The position numbers were made by a program, and so were the translations under genes. From a virus (lineage: Duplodnaviria > Caudoviricetes), in IMG/VR virus record IMGVR_UViG_3300025382_000030, positions 1-32,006 of that record: a DNA stretch of 32,006 nt; one strand, given 5' to 3'. Of the stretch, positions 9,001-17,971 are shown in pieces (position 1 is the stretch's first letter; every line of letters begins with the position of its first letter). The notes beneath the pieces are model-generated. The model did not search any database. It was not told the DNA's origin and saw nothing but the letters and a program-made list of their open reading frames with translations.

Positions 9001-10056
9001 ACCTTGAGCATAACCAATACCTGGACTTACACGACCAAGAACAGTATTCGCATCTAAAGTACCAATAATACTGTCTCCTGGAACTTTAGTAACTGTATCA
9101 ACAGCAAAAGGATTTACAACGAAGTTACCTGCCTCTTCATATGTTCTTATTGCGATTGCGTCTCCAATTGTAGAATGAAGTGCATTTGCTGAATCTTTGA
9201 ATACAATAGAACCAAAATTATATGTAGCAATAGGATTGAAAGTGCTATTACCAGATAAGTTAGCTGGATCTACAGCAGTAAGAGTTGGAGTAACTTTTAA
9301 ACGATGTGCACCAGGAGCGTTTTCATTTGGATATCCAAGAGCATTATCATAAAGCGAAGAATCTTGATATTCTGTTATGATCTGTTCTAGAGCCGTAAAT
9401 CCAACTAAAGTATTTCCGGCATAAGTTCCAAATGTATTAACAATACCAAAAGTTGGTGTTTCAACTTTAACGAAAGCACCATTGATAAAGATAACACCTG
9501 ATGATACACTAATACCATGAGCATTACCAGTAGCATTAGTTCCTGCAACATTTGCAAGAGTATAAACATTTGCTACTAATGTTAGGCCGCTGGTATTTGA
9601 AGAATATACTTGAATTAGTTCATTATTTGAATATATTGTTGAACCATTGTTACCAGTATTGATATAATTAAGATATATAATATTTGAATTTGGATATTGA
9701 CCAGCATAACCAACATTCGCATAAAGAATTCTTGCACGTAAATTAGATGTTGCACTTATGGCAATGCAGTTTACCCATTCTCTGGTATCAATAGTATTTG
9801 CTTCTGCACTTGTGTCTGCCAAGAAAACATAAGGAACAACAGGAACATCACTAATAGAACATCCTTGAACAATATCACCATTTTTAAATGCCCAATTACC
9901 AAATCTTTCAATTTGAGACTGAAATATATTTTGAAGTTGAGTTAACTCACGTGCCTGAACAGCAGTGGTTGGTCTAAACAGAATCTGATGATAATTTTTT
10001 GTTTCATCATAATCGTCATAATAGGGGCTAATATTTAAGTTTGTTTGAAATGGCAT
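6073..10056 (-). CDS. N-terminal part of DUF4815/VrlC-like structural protein with C-terminal S74-type autocleaving chaperone domain (1327 aa)
   Basis: TNLNISPYYDDY..KNY..ILFRP..VQARELTQLQ, NAPGAHRLK, RRYTMKDIG.LE.RI..LEYY and RFKNGIFVDPF motifs; ends in SDIRLKK...GLMAQEVE..PEAV...GYLAINY. Confidence 0.85.
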   Translation of the reverse strand: MPFQTNLNISPYYDDYDETKNYHQILFRPTTAVQARELTQLQNIFQSQIERFGNWAFKNGDIVQGCSISDVPVVPYVFLADTSAEANTIDTREWVNCIAISATSNLRARILYANVGYAGQYPNSNIIYLNYINTGNNGSTIYSNNELIQVYSSNTSGLTLVANVYTLANVAGTNATGNAHGISVSSGVIFINGAFVKVETPTFGIVNTFGTYAGNTLVGFTALEQIITEYQDSSLYDNALGYPNENAPGAHRLKVTPTLTAVDPANLSGNSTFNPIATYNFGSIVFKDSANALHSTIGDAIAIRTYEEAGNFVVNPFAVDTVTKVPGDSIIGTLDANTVLGRVSPGIGYAQGSRIELKNMAYINMRRGVDTAVNPLQQITFSYGNYLLLDEVAGSFNFTAAQTVTLYDTPQKAVSTRKYSSLTPTGNAIGTATVRCFSYNSGVVGLNTTLYALHIFNIQLNSGYNINQIASVYYNGDNKAVGDVYSNGILNSNNKKQLFGFGITGLKNLKDAYNQNYTNYVFRTISTSQSMNTSGNVVVTIPVSATGGVDELPYGSGILNDSDATTFTLVAAANVDSNALSGTIGISSTNTAVTGDTSTTFTSQLFIGDTIKVGSNIRTVTSIANNSLLTVDSSWPSTLSGQTYYKSYIKGKIIPIAQYQQSSPSSYVNVTNTTSFTIVSNQVPSSTLTVDVIYDVKRTQVVPAKKTIYKDRFVKINTTTNPNGPWCLGFSDIHQIKKIYASSDGSYTTSGIDVTSQFVFDSGQKDTHYDLGYLYSAPGYGSTSNPYLLVQLDYFAPNTASGSGFYTVESYPIDDVNTSNTNAIQTKDIPLYIDESGNKLPLRDYIDFRPVANITANNTGVVDFSNTLSVSIAISYANTNPLNTLTFNVPGSQLHVPAYTQNFEANYTYFLPRKDLIYVTSDNVLKVKEGLSSANPQTPLFPENAMAVSVLNVPAYPSLSSDQTNSLLGTNRSSKTLIRDTSLSITSSLVTNRRYTMKDIGTLEQRITNLEYYATLSLLEQNTSSLNITDANGLTRFKNGIFVDPFNDHSLGDVSNPEYNIAIDRTKGVARPSIDRTVVDIEFNVSSLSSVSEVLSPTKTVTYYVDSTNNIQKTGRVLTLPYAETPLMVQPYATKYRNAAHVAFAWNGTLVIVPSYDNHQDTINTGSLNIVIDNSAAWKDFAAGPMGQIYNDWSVATSTTVSTILTQDKVTIDLGYVAGGTTAGAIRANIWTYLARAGYDPSNATIGTLNILWTSDIRLKKQIKFLTNLVEGINLYSFKYLWSDKTYIGLMAQEVEKIIPEAVVKMDNGYLAINYGMLGINMIEAKN

Positions 10057-10067
10057 AGAAGTTCCTA

Positions 10068-11645
10068 CTATATTTGTATTACAAGTTTATAAGATTCTGT
10101 CTGAGAATTTGATCTCTGAACATCAGAAAGGGTTTGAATATACAATGGTTCTAAACCTTTTGCATATATGTCACCTCTTGTATTTATAATAAGTTCTGCA
10201 GACAAATTTAATTGTGTTTGAGAAACAATCGTCTCTCCATTAGTAAAATGTTTATCACCAGACAAATATAAAACACTTGTATTTGAAAACGCAACAACAC
10301 CAACTGCACCACTATTTACACCCAAAACTGTATCACCAACAGTAAAAACTGTTTCTGGAGCAGTATTTCCTTGTAAAGTTGTATTAAATGAATTATTTGT
10401 CCAAGCATATGTAGTTGGATTTCCAGTATTTGCATCCAAAAGATAAGGATTTTTAATAATTCCTATTTTATTATAAAGAACTTCTGTTGGAATTGTATCC
10501 CCTTCATTATTAGCAAAACTAAATGCCATTGATAACCCTTGAACATTTAATTCAGAAACAGGATCATATCCATATCCACCAGGAGGAGAAGTTATGGCAT
10601 AAATGTTTGCTGCTCTGAAACCAACTGGATTAGTGTCTGAATATCCAGGTTTAATATGAACATTAGCTCTTGATATATTTGATCCAGTTTCAATTACAGT
10701 TATTCCATATATACTATTTGAAACAGCATTGATAACTGAAAATGCAATAGGACTAGTATCACCATCAGTATTAAAAACAACTGCAGGTGAAATACTATAT
10801 TGAGTGATTCCTGGAATAATATTATTTGTATTTGCATAAGAATCTAATTGAATATAATTACCAATCTTGCCAGTAACTGGATTTCTACCTGTAGTGTATC
10901 CAGTTATTAATTTTATTTCAGCAGTGCTGTATTGTGGAGTGTAAATATATACCGCACAATTAGTATAAAAATTTTGAATTTGAGATTTTGAATCTTCAAT
11001 TTGAATTAAATCAGGATATGGTGTTGCTTGAACAATTCCATTTGCATATGTTGTATAATTATTTCCTCCATCAACAACCACAACAACGTCAACACCTGAA
11101 TACAGTGATGCACTTGTTTTAAGAGTATTATTGGAATAAACAGGTGCATATGTGCTGGCAGTAAATCTATTATAAATGGCATCAGATACTGATGCGACAT
11201 ATCTCCAAATATATCCATCTGATTTTTTAATTGATGTTGTTTGTCTGGTATCTGGAAGAATATAAGAAGGAGAATTGTTTGCATTATCCAAACAAAGATA
11301 AATATCATGATCACCAGAAATAACAGAAGAGTCAGCTATAACATAATAATTTAATGAATGTAAATTTGCATTTCTATTATCATATCTATCATAGATATGT
11401 CCAGATTGCCATGGTATATTTTTAATAACAGGAATGATATCATTATTAGATAATCTTTTACCAAAAAGCATTTGCCAATCTGGACTAAATTTGGTACTAA
11501 ATTCATCAGTTGTTAATGAAACATTAGCACCAGAAACAGATACTGGATTTGAACCAAATGCATAGTAAAGAGAATTATTAGTTGATACACTTGTTAGAAT
11601 ATCTTCTACTAGTGAACTTTTATATTTTGATAATAAAACACCCAT
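10068..11645 (-). CDS. gp8: Baseplate wedge subunit, T4 gp8-like
   Basis: MLFGKRL...W.SG..YDRYD...YYV...IYLCLDN...DGYIWRY, PPGGYG.DP..EL and a terminal R...QTE..KLVI. Confidence 0.85.
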   Translation of the reverse strand: MGVLLSKYKSSLVEDILTSVSTNNSLYYAFGSNPVSVSGANVSLTTDEFSTKFSPDWQMLFGKRLSNNDIIPVIKNIPWQSGHIYDRYDNRNANLHSLNYYVIADSSVISGDHDIYLCLDNANNSPSYILPDTRQTTSIKKSDGYIWRYVASVSDAIYNRFTASTYAPVYSNNTLKTSASLYSGVDVVVVVDGGNNYTTYANGIVQATPYPDLIQIEDSKSQIQNFYTNCAVYIYTPQYSTAEIKLITGYTTGRNPVTGKIGNYIQLDSYANTNNIIPGITQYSISPAVVFNTDGDTSPIAFSVINAVSNSIYGITVIETGSNISRANVHIKPGYSDTNPVGFRAANIYAITSPPGGYGYDPVSELNVQGLSMAFSFANNEGDTIPTEVLYNKIGIIKNPYLLDANTGNPTTYAWTNNSFNTTLQGNTAPETVFTVGDTVLGVNSGAVGVVAFSNTSVLYLSGDKHFTNGETIVSQTQLNLSAELIINTRGDIYAKGLEPLYIQTLSDVQRSNSQTESYKLVIQI

Positions 11646-11648
11646 TTA

Positions 11649-14600
11649 TCAAACACCTAATTTCTGAAGTTTAGTATTTATGTCATTTATTTGTTTTTGT
11701 TGATCTTTGATTATTGAAATTAATAATGGAATAACTTGAACATAAGATACTGTTTTTGTTCCATCTTCTCTAAGATGAACAATTTCTGGAAGGATAGTTT
11801 CAACTTCCTGTGCAATAAGACCAAAAGACTTAGTATCATCAGATTTCCATTCAAAACTAACAGGATTTAATTTCAAAACAATATCATTTGAATTGGTAAT
11901 TGTTAAAATGTTTTTCTTTAGAGAAATATCAGATACGTTATCAAAATGTTGTGCAGAAACAGTATTACCAACTGCAAGAGTATTTGAGGTCTTATCCCAA
12001 GTTAATGAAGCAGAACCACTAAGTGTATTAGAATCGTTAAACTGAATCTGTGAATTAGCACCACCTGTAGTTGCAGGAGGAGCACCCCAATATGTAGCAG
12101 AACCGTTTGATGTTAAAATTTGTCCAGATGAACCAATAGTTCCATTCGCAACAATTCCGGCACTTGATGTGATATAGACATTTGCATTGAAATAAGTGTT
12201 ACCACTATGAGTGGTATTTCCAACAACAGTAAGCTGTGCTAAATTAGCAGCACCTGTATGTTTCAATACAGAAGAATTAGCAATAAATGATGATCCAACT
12301 GTATGTGAAGTAGAATTAACCAATCCACTTACATATGCACCAGTTGAATTTACTACTAAACCATTGGCATTTAATGTGGTAGTATTAGCAACAAATATTG
12401 TTCCAATAGTATGTGAAGCAGCATTTACTGTTCCAGTGTAAACACCAGTTGCATTAGAAACAGTTGATGTTCCAACATTAAATGATGTGGCATTTGATAA
12501 ACCAGTGAAATAACCACCAGTTGAGTTAACTATTAAACCATTAGCATTTAATGTTGTAGTGTTTGCAACAAAAGTTGTTCCAATAGTATATGAAGCAGCA
12601 TTTATTGTTCCAGTATATACACCAGTTGAGTTTGCAATTGTTGATGTACCAACGTTAAATGATGTAGCATTTGTTAGACCAGTAAAATAACCACCAGTTG
12701 AATTTACTACTAAACCACTAGTAGTTAATGTTGTGGAATTTGCAATAAATGATGAACTAACTGTATATGATGCAGCATTTACTGTGGTTGCTAATATATT
12801 ATTTCCATAAACATTCCAAACAGCAGAAGTATTACCAAGCGTTAGATTGTTGGCTGCTGGAGTTATATTTACGTTTGATTGTAATGAAGAACCAGAAGAA
12901 TTATAAATTAGATTTGCATATGTTGCAAAAGCAATACCAGAACCATCTGCAGCAGCAGAAGATCCAGAAGTATTTGCAATAACAATAGTTTTTAGTGAGG
13001 TTGTAATATTTAATGTGTTAACAGTTGCAACACCAGCTATTGATGCAAAACCACTAACAGTTAAATTACCACTCACAAGTGCTACGTTAGATACTGATAA
13101 AGATCCAACGTTAGCTAATCCTGTGGTTGTAAATGAAGAAGCGTTAACAACACCAGCATAATTTGGTAAATATGAAGCAATATTTGCGGTTAAAGTACTG
13201 TTCAACTGATATGCAGAAGCAGCAGTCCCACCAAGATTGAATGCATTATTAGCACCAGTTGAATTAGCAACAGGATTACCAGCAATTGCTAATGCAGAAG
13301 TATTAATAACTGTATATACAGAAGAATTACCAACTGCAATTGTGGAAGCATTAACAACAGCGCCGCCAGTAACAGACCCATAAGTTCCTACTGTATGTGA
13401 TGCAGCATTAACAGTTCCGTTTGCAAACACACCAATAGTATTTGCAACAAATATAGAACCAATAGTATGTGATGCAGCATTGATAGTAGATGTTGCATTA
13501 ACAAAACCAGTAACAGTTGTATTACCAGATGCTAATGTTGATGTTATTGTTGTAGCACCGTCAAGATAAGTTGTTCCATTTACTGATAGCTTGTTTCCTG
13601 GAGAATTATTAGCAATACCAACGTTACCGTTAGCATTTACTCTGAAATATTCAGTTGAAGTATTACCAGCATATAATGGACTTCCTGAATTTGACGTGAA
13701 ATAACCACCCCAAGAAGATACTGAATTACCATAAACAGCATAAGAAGAATTTGATACACCATATACAGCATAACCAGAATTAGAAGTACCATATAAAGCA
13801 TAACCAGTATTAGAAACGCCAACAACACCACGTCCAGAACCAGTATATGCAACTAAAGAGTCAGTTGTTGAAGTATTTGTACTGATGAATACTGTATTAG
13901 TAACAGTAACATTATTGTTTACAATTAAATCAGTATTAACAAAAGCATTTCCACCAACTGATAATTTATACATTGGTGCGACAGTTCCAACACCAACATT
14001 ACCATTAGCATAAACACCAAGGAAAGTTACTGAACCATTACCAGCAATAAGTGGATATCCTGTTAATGAAACAAAGTAACCACCAGAACCTTGATTCGAT
14101 TGACCATAAACACCATTAGCATAAAGTGAAGTACCAACAGCACCATTACCATAAGTGGATACAAATAAACCACCACTGGAACTATTAGAAACACCTTGAA
14201 CACCAATACCTGAGTTTGCTATACCTTGTGTTGCAATTGCTGAGTTGGTGTAACCAATTACTGAGTTTGTGGAATCGTTGATTGTTCCAACGGCTATCTG
14301 ACCTCTGATATAAGTATTGCCATTAATAGATAATTTATCAGCAGGAGCAGAATTACCAATACCAATATTACCATTGGCATTTACTCTGAAAAATTCTGTT
14401 GTGTTATTACCAGCATATAATGGGTTTGATGAAGTAGAAGTAAAATATCCACCCCAAGAAGTATTAGAAGTACCACAAACACCATAATTGTTGCCAGATT
14501 CGCCTTCAATACCACAATTAGTGTTTGAGTATCCATAAACACCAGCATTTGCTATTGAAATACCAACAACACCGTAACCAGTATTTGATGAACCAATAAT

Positions 14601-15476
14601 TGCATTAACTGTTGCAGTAGTGGAACCAGTGAATAAACTACCAAGAACTTCACTATTAGTAACTGTTAGATAATTAAAATAACCATTACCAGTATGTGTT
14701 AAAGATGTTGAATTGACTAAAAATTGATTGGCAGATGCATTGCTTATCGCAATAGAAGATAATGCACTAACGGTTCCTTCAACTCTCAAATCCTCATTAG
14801 GAGTTGAATTTGCAATACCAATATTGCCATTAGATACAGAATAGAATGTAGTACCAATAGTAAATACGTTTGATACAGCATAAAATGTTGATACGTTAAC
14901 AGTTCCAGTAAATACAGCATTTCCACTGGATGTGATATTTTTTACTGTAATAGAATTTGAATTAATGTATGTATTGACAGAAGAATTACCAACACTGATA
15001 TAACTAGCGGCATTTGCATAAACTGTGACAGATTGTGGATTTATTGCAACTGTTCCAGTAGTATTTGTGATTGAAATACCAGTTTGATTTAGACTGGTAT
15101 TAACGCTATTATTACCAATAATAACTGATGTAGGAGTTACGGATGTATTAAGAGATGAATTGCCAACTACTAATAAACTGTGAATATTGGCAGAAACCAA
15201 AATAGTTGTGGAGTTAGAGAAAGTAAACCCTTGATAATTAGAAATTGTTGTTGAAACAGTATTTGAAATACTATTTACTGAACTATTACCAAGAAAAAGT
15301 GTTGTTGAGTTCACATAAGAGTTGACACTACTATTACCAATTGCGACATTACCAGAAATTAAAGGATTAGTATAAACATTATCAAAATTTGTATTTATTT
15401 TGGTAAATGCCGTACGTAACGGATCACCTGTGCCATCATTGGGAACTGTTCCTGTAGAAATAACTTCGTAAGTCAA
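11649..15476 (-). CDS. Long tail fiber/spike with gp9/gp10-type N-terminal anchor and C-terminal peptidase S74 intramolecular chaperone (1275 aa, TTG start)
   Basis: N-terminal GTVPNDGTGDPLRTAFTKINTNF; GNVGIG..P..KL.V.G repeats; SDISLKKNI...GLIAQEVE.ILPE.V plus a coiled coil at 11649-11933; SD AAGGAGA. Confidence 0.9.
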   Translation of the reverse strand: MTYEVISTGTVPNDGTGDPLRTAFTKINTNFDNVYTNPLISGNVAIGNSSVNSYVNSTTLFLGNSSVNSISNTVSTTISNYQGFTFSNSTTILVSANIHSLLVVGNSSLNTSVTPTSVIIGNNSVNTSLNQTGISITNTTGTVAINPQSVTVYANAASYISVGNSSVNTYINSNSITVKNITSSGNAVFTGTVNVSTFYAVSNVFTIGTTFYSVSNGNIGIANSTPNEDLRVEGTVSALSSIAISNASANQFLVNSTSLTHTGNGYFNYLTVTNSEVLGSLFTGSTTATVNAIIGSSNTGYGVVGISIANAGVYGYSNTNCGIEGESGNNYGVCGTSNTSWGGYFTSTSSNPLYAGNNTTEFFRVNANGNIGIGNSAPADKLSINGNTYIRGQIAVGTINDSTNSVIGYTNSAIATQGIANSGIGVQGVSNSSSGGLFVSTYGNGAVGTSLYANGVYGQSNQGSGGYFVSLTGYPLIAGNGSVTFLGVYANGNVGVGTVAPMYKLSVGGNAFVNTDLIVNNNVTVTNTVFISTNTSTTDSLVAYTGSGRGVVGVSNTGYALYGTSNSGYAVYGVSNSSYAVYGNSVSSWGGYFTSNSGSPLYAGNTSTEYFRVNANGNVGIANNSPGNKLSVNGTTYLDGATTITSTLASGNTTVTGFVNATSTINAASHTIGSIFVANTIGVFANGTVNAASHTVGTYGSVTGGAVVNASTIAVGNSSVYTVINTSALAIAGNPVANSTGANNAFNLGGTAASAYQLNSTLTANIASYLPNYAGVVNASSFTTTGLANVGSLSVSNVALVSGNLTVSGFASIAGVATVNTLNITTSLKTIVIANTSGSSAAADGSGIAFATYANLIYNSSGSSLQSNVNITPAANNLTLGNTSAVWNVYGNNILATTVNAASYTVSSSFIANSTTLTTSGLVVNSTGGYFTGLTNATSFNVGTSTIANSTGVYTGTINAASYTIGTTFVANTTTLNANGLIVNSTGGYFTGLSNATSFNVGTSTVSNATGVYTGTVNAASHTIGTIFVANTTTLNANGLVVNSTGAYVSGLVNSTSHTVGSSFIANSSVLKHTGAANLAQLTVVGNTTHSGNTYFNANVYITSSAGIVANGTIGSSGQILTSNGSATYWGAPPATTGGANSQIQFNDSNTLSGSASLTWDKTSNTLAVGNTVSAQHFDNVSDISLKKNILTITNSNDIVLKLNPVSFEWKSDDTKSFGLIAQEVETILPEIVHLREDGTKTVSYVQVIPLLISIIKDQQKQINDINTKLQKLGV
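12270..12785 (-). repeat. About three tandem 177-bp (59-aa) coding repeats in the fiber
   Basis: Unit VNAASYT..FIANSTTL...GLVVNSTGGYFTGL.NATSFNVGTST..N.TGVYTGT; aatgatgt recurs at 12481 and 12658 (177-bp period). Confidence 0.9.
13700..13830 (-). repeat. 30-bp (10-aa) tandem coding repeats
   Basis: GVVGVSNTGY/ALYGTSNSGY/AVYGVSNSSY/AVYGNSVSSW. Confidence 0.8.
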
Positions 15477-15496
15477 CCCTTGTCTCCTTTGAACCC

Positions 15497-17971
15497 TTAA
15501 TAAGTAGCGTCACAAGTTATGGTAGTTGTATCCGCAAATATTGTAATGTCGTCAGCCGTTAAGAATTTGGTAATTGGTTTTTTGTTTTCCCATAAAATGG
15601 CTGTGTTTGAAGTAACACTATCAAATGCTAGATATTCTCCAAAAAGCTCCATACCAGAACTATGGAAAGTATCATAAATTATCTTTTTATATTTATCTAG
15701 AGTATTAGCTACTTTAATTTGATACGAATAATCTTGATAAAAATAACTGTCCTGAAGGTATTTATTAGAGTTTAAGAAACCCCTTGTTGTTGACCAATAA
15801 CCAGGAGAAATACCTATTCCAGACTTTACAATTGTTCCAGTTACCATACTATATGTGTTGTATTTATCTGGAGGTGCTATTGATGTTGAGAATACAGCAC
15901 CATGACCATTAGCTGATGCCACTCCAATTAGTGGAACATCATAATAATTAGCGCCTGGACTTAATAATGAAACACCAACTACATTACCAAATACATTTGT
16001 GGTAATAAATCCATTTGCTTGATTTGTATTAATTCCACCAGATTGACTGGTTCCACCAACAAAAGTTAATTGTTCACCATTTGCATATCCAGAACCAGAA
16101 GAAACAATAGTGATTGGTGATAAAATGTTATCAAGATATGCATTGACAATTTCACCCTCAACATAACCTTTACCAGAATTATAAACAACTAATTCACTAA
16201 CAGTGCTGTTTCCATTATTAGGAATTGCAGTAACAACTGTATTAAAACCAGGAATTGATTTATCTGCAGTATACATAATTGGCTCATATAGAGCAAACTG
16301 AGATGTCATCAAACTAGGTGCTATGAAATATTCAGAAATATTTGAATTTGAATTATATTTTGGTGCACCATATAAAATTATAAGACTGCTATTTACTACA
16401 GTCTTAATTAGATTATTTTCTTTTGTTGAATCATCATTCGGATCTGATTGAAGAACAATGACATCATTATTTGAATATATTGAAGTGAATGGAGTTGTAT
16501 TTCCAACAACATAGGGTACTTTATAATAAACAGATACCCCTGTTGAATTGTGTGTTGGGTTTTCAGCAAGAGTTAACTGTGTATTACTATCAACAGAAGT
16601 TATTATATGATATTCTTGAATATCTGGTAAAGTATTAATATTTTTTAGACCAATAACATCCCCATTAGAAAAAATACTTTTAAATAAAGTATCTGTTCCA
16701 GTAACAAGAAGTGAAGTATTATTATATGAAATTGATCCAGTTGTTAGAACGAAATTATCTGCATTAGAATAATAAATTGTTCCTTGACCGATTGGTTTAG
16801 AAACAATTGAAGATCTTATTAATACTTCAGGTGGATATATATAATTATTTCCTGGTTTTACATTTTGTAAACTGAATATAGTTCCAAATGTATTATTAGT
16901 ATAATATAGTGTTTGATTGATTTGATATTCAGAATTTGCGGAATGATTATATGGGAATCCATATTGAAATGCATTAAATACAACATCTTTATAATTATAG
17001 ATGATGTCTGTGTTATAAGTTAATCTTCTTGTATATGATAACGGTCCAATATCAAAACTGGCATCATGACCTGAATTATCACCAAATTGTTTATAAAGAT
17101 AAATGGAAGTATTTGGAGTGTATCCAAATCCTTTTTCAGATAGTATAAATTCCAAAGCACCAGAAGATCTATATGTCTTAGTTACTTTTAGTCTACCACT
17201 AGAACCATATGCTATTCTTTCTCCAGTATTTGGATCATTTTCAGCAATTGAAAGAGTATCACCTGGATTAAATCCATTACCACCACTTATAATTTTTAAT
17301 GTATTTAAAGAACCAATTACTTCTGGAGCATCATATAGTGAATATGTTCCAGTATTTGGATATCTTAATATCTTCTCACCAACAATAAATTCACCACCCT
17401 GTGGAGATATGTTAGATATGTAAAGATTAGAAATAATATTTTTATTAATAGGTTCTATATTAAACTTTTCAACAGTGGCAATAGTATTTGATACAGAACC
17501 TATGATCTGTTTGCCAACTAAACTACTAAGAAGTGGACTATCAGTTACTTCCAAATATTTTGGCTGTATCCATGTTCCATCTGATGCTTTTAATATATCA
17601 TATGCAGGAAGATATACATCAATATCTTGATTGTATATCAGTTTAAATAATAATTTATATCCTCTAATGGTTCCTTTAGAACGATATATATCAAGGATAT
17701 GTTTAAGCAGTAATCGTTTATCAGAAATAATGCTATAAGGAATACCATAAAGATATTTCTTTTGAAAATGTACAAGAAATCCTTCTATTGGAGTATCAAT
17801 ATCTCTATAATCTAATAGATTTCTTGCTTCACTTATAGCTTGGCCTTCTTGTTCCAGCCATTCATAGTATGCTTCTAAAAATAGAATAAAGTTTTCACCT
17901 TCAGTTTCATAGAATGAAGGAAACTGACTTTTTATAAAATTCGATATGAATTTTTCTACGTTAAAGCTCAT
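15497..17971 (-). CDS. gp7: Baseplate wedge initiator, T4 gp7-like
   Basis: FLEAYYEWLE, IYRSKGT..GYKLLFK, LQDSYFYQDYSY.IK and HSSGMELFGE motifs; lies directly after gp6 with a 4-nt overlap. Confidence 0.75.
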   Translation of the reverse strand: MSFNVEKFISNFIKSQFPSFYETEGENFILFLEAYYEWLEQEGQAISEARNLLDYRDIDTPIEGFLVHFQKKYLYGIPYSIISDKRLLLKHILDIYRSKGTIRGYKLLFKLIYNQDIDVYLPAYDILKASDGTWIQPKYLEVTDSPLLSSLVGKQIIGSVSNTIATVEKFNIEPINKNIISNLYISNISPQGGEFIVGEKILRYPNTGTYSLYDAPEVIGSLNTLKIISGGNGFNPGDTLSIAENDPNTGERIAYGSSGRLKVTKTYRSSGALEFILSEKGFGYTPNTSIYLYKQFGDNSGHDASFDIGPLSYTRRLTYNTDIIYNYKDVVFNAFQYGFPYNHSANSEYQINQTLYYTNNTFGTIFSLQNVKPGNNYIYPPEVLIRSSIVSKPIGQGTIYYSNADNFVLTTGSISYNNTSLLVTGTDTLFKSIFSNGDVIGLKNINTLPDIQEYHIITSVDSNTQLTLAENPTHNSTGVSVYYKVPYVVGNTTPFTSIYSNNDVIVLQSDPNDDSTKENNLIKTVVNSSLIILYGAPKYNSNSNISEYFIAPSLMTSQFALYEPIMYTADKSIPGFNTVVTAIPNNGNSTVSELVVYNSGKGYVEGEIVNAYLDNILSPITIVSSGSGYANGEQLTFVGGTSQSGGINTNQANGFITTNVFGNVVGVSLLSPGANYYDVPLIGVASANGHGAVFSTSIAPPDKYNTYSMVTGTIVKSGIGISPGYWSTTRGFLNSNKYLQDSYFYQDYSYQIKVANTLDKYKKIIYDTFHSSGMELFGEYLAFDSVTSNTAILWENKKPITKFLTADDITIFADTTTITCDATY

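Noticed and set aside
735-12559. Diversity-generating retroelement (TR/VR pair) suggested by the Mtd_N-like start and the duplicated segment
   Set aside because: No reverse transcriptase in the window. The repeat is short, exact and mid-gene, with no adenine-specific mismatch pattern.
12270-13830. CRISPR-like array
   Set aside because: Repeats are degenerate, in-frame coding units (177 and 30 bp) without unique spacers.
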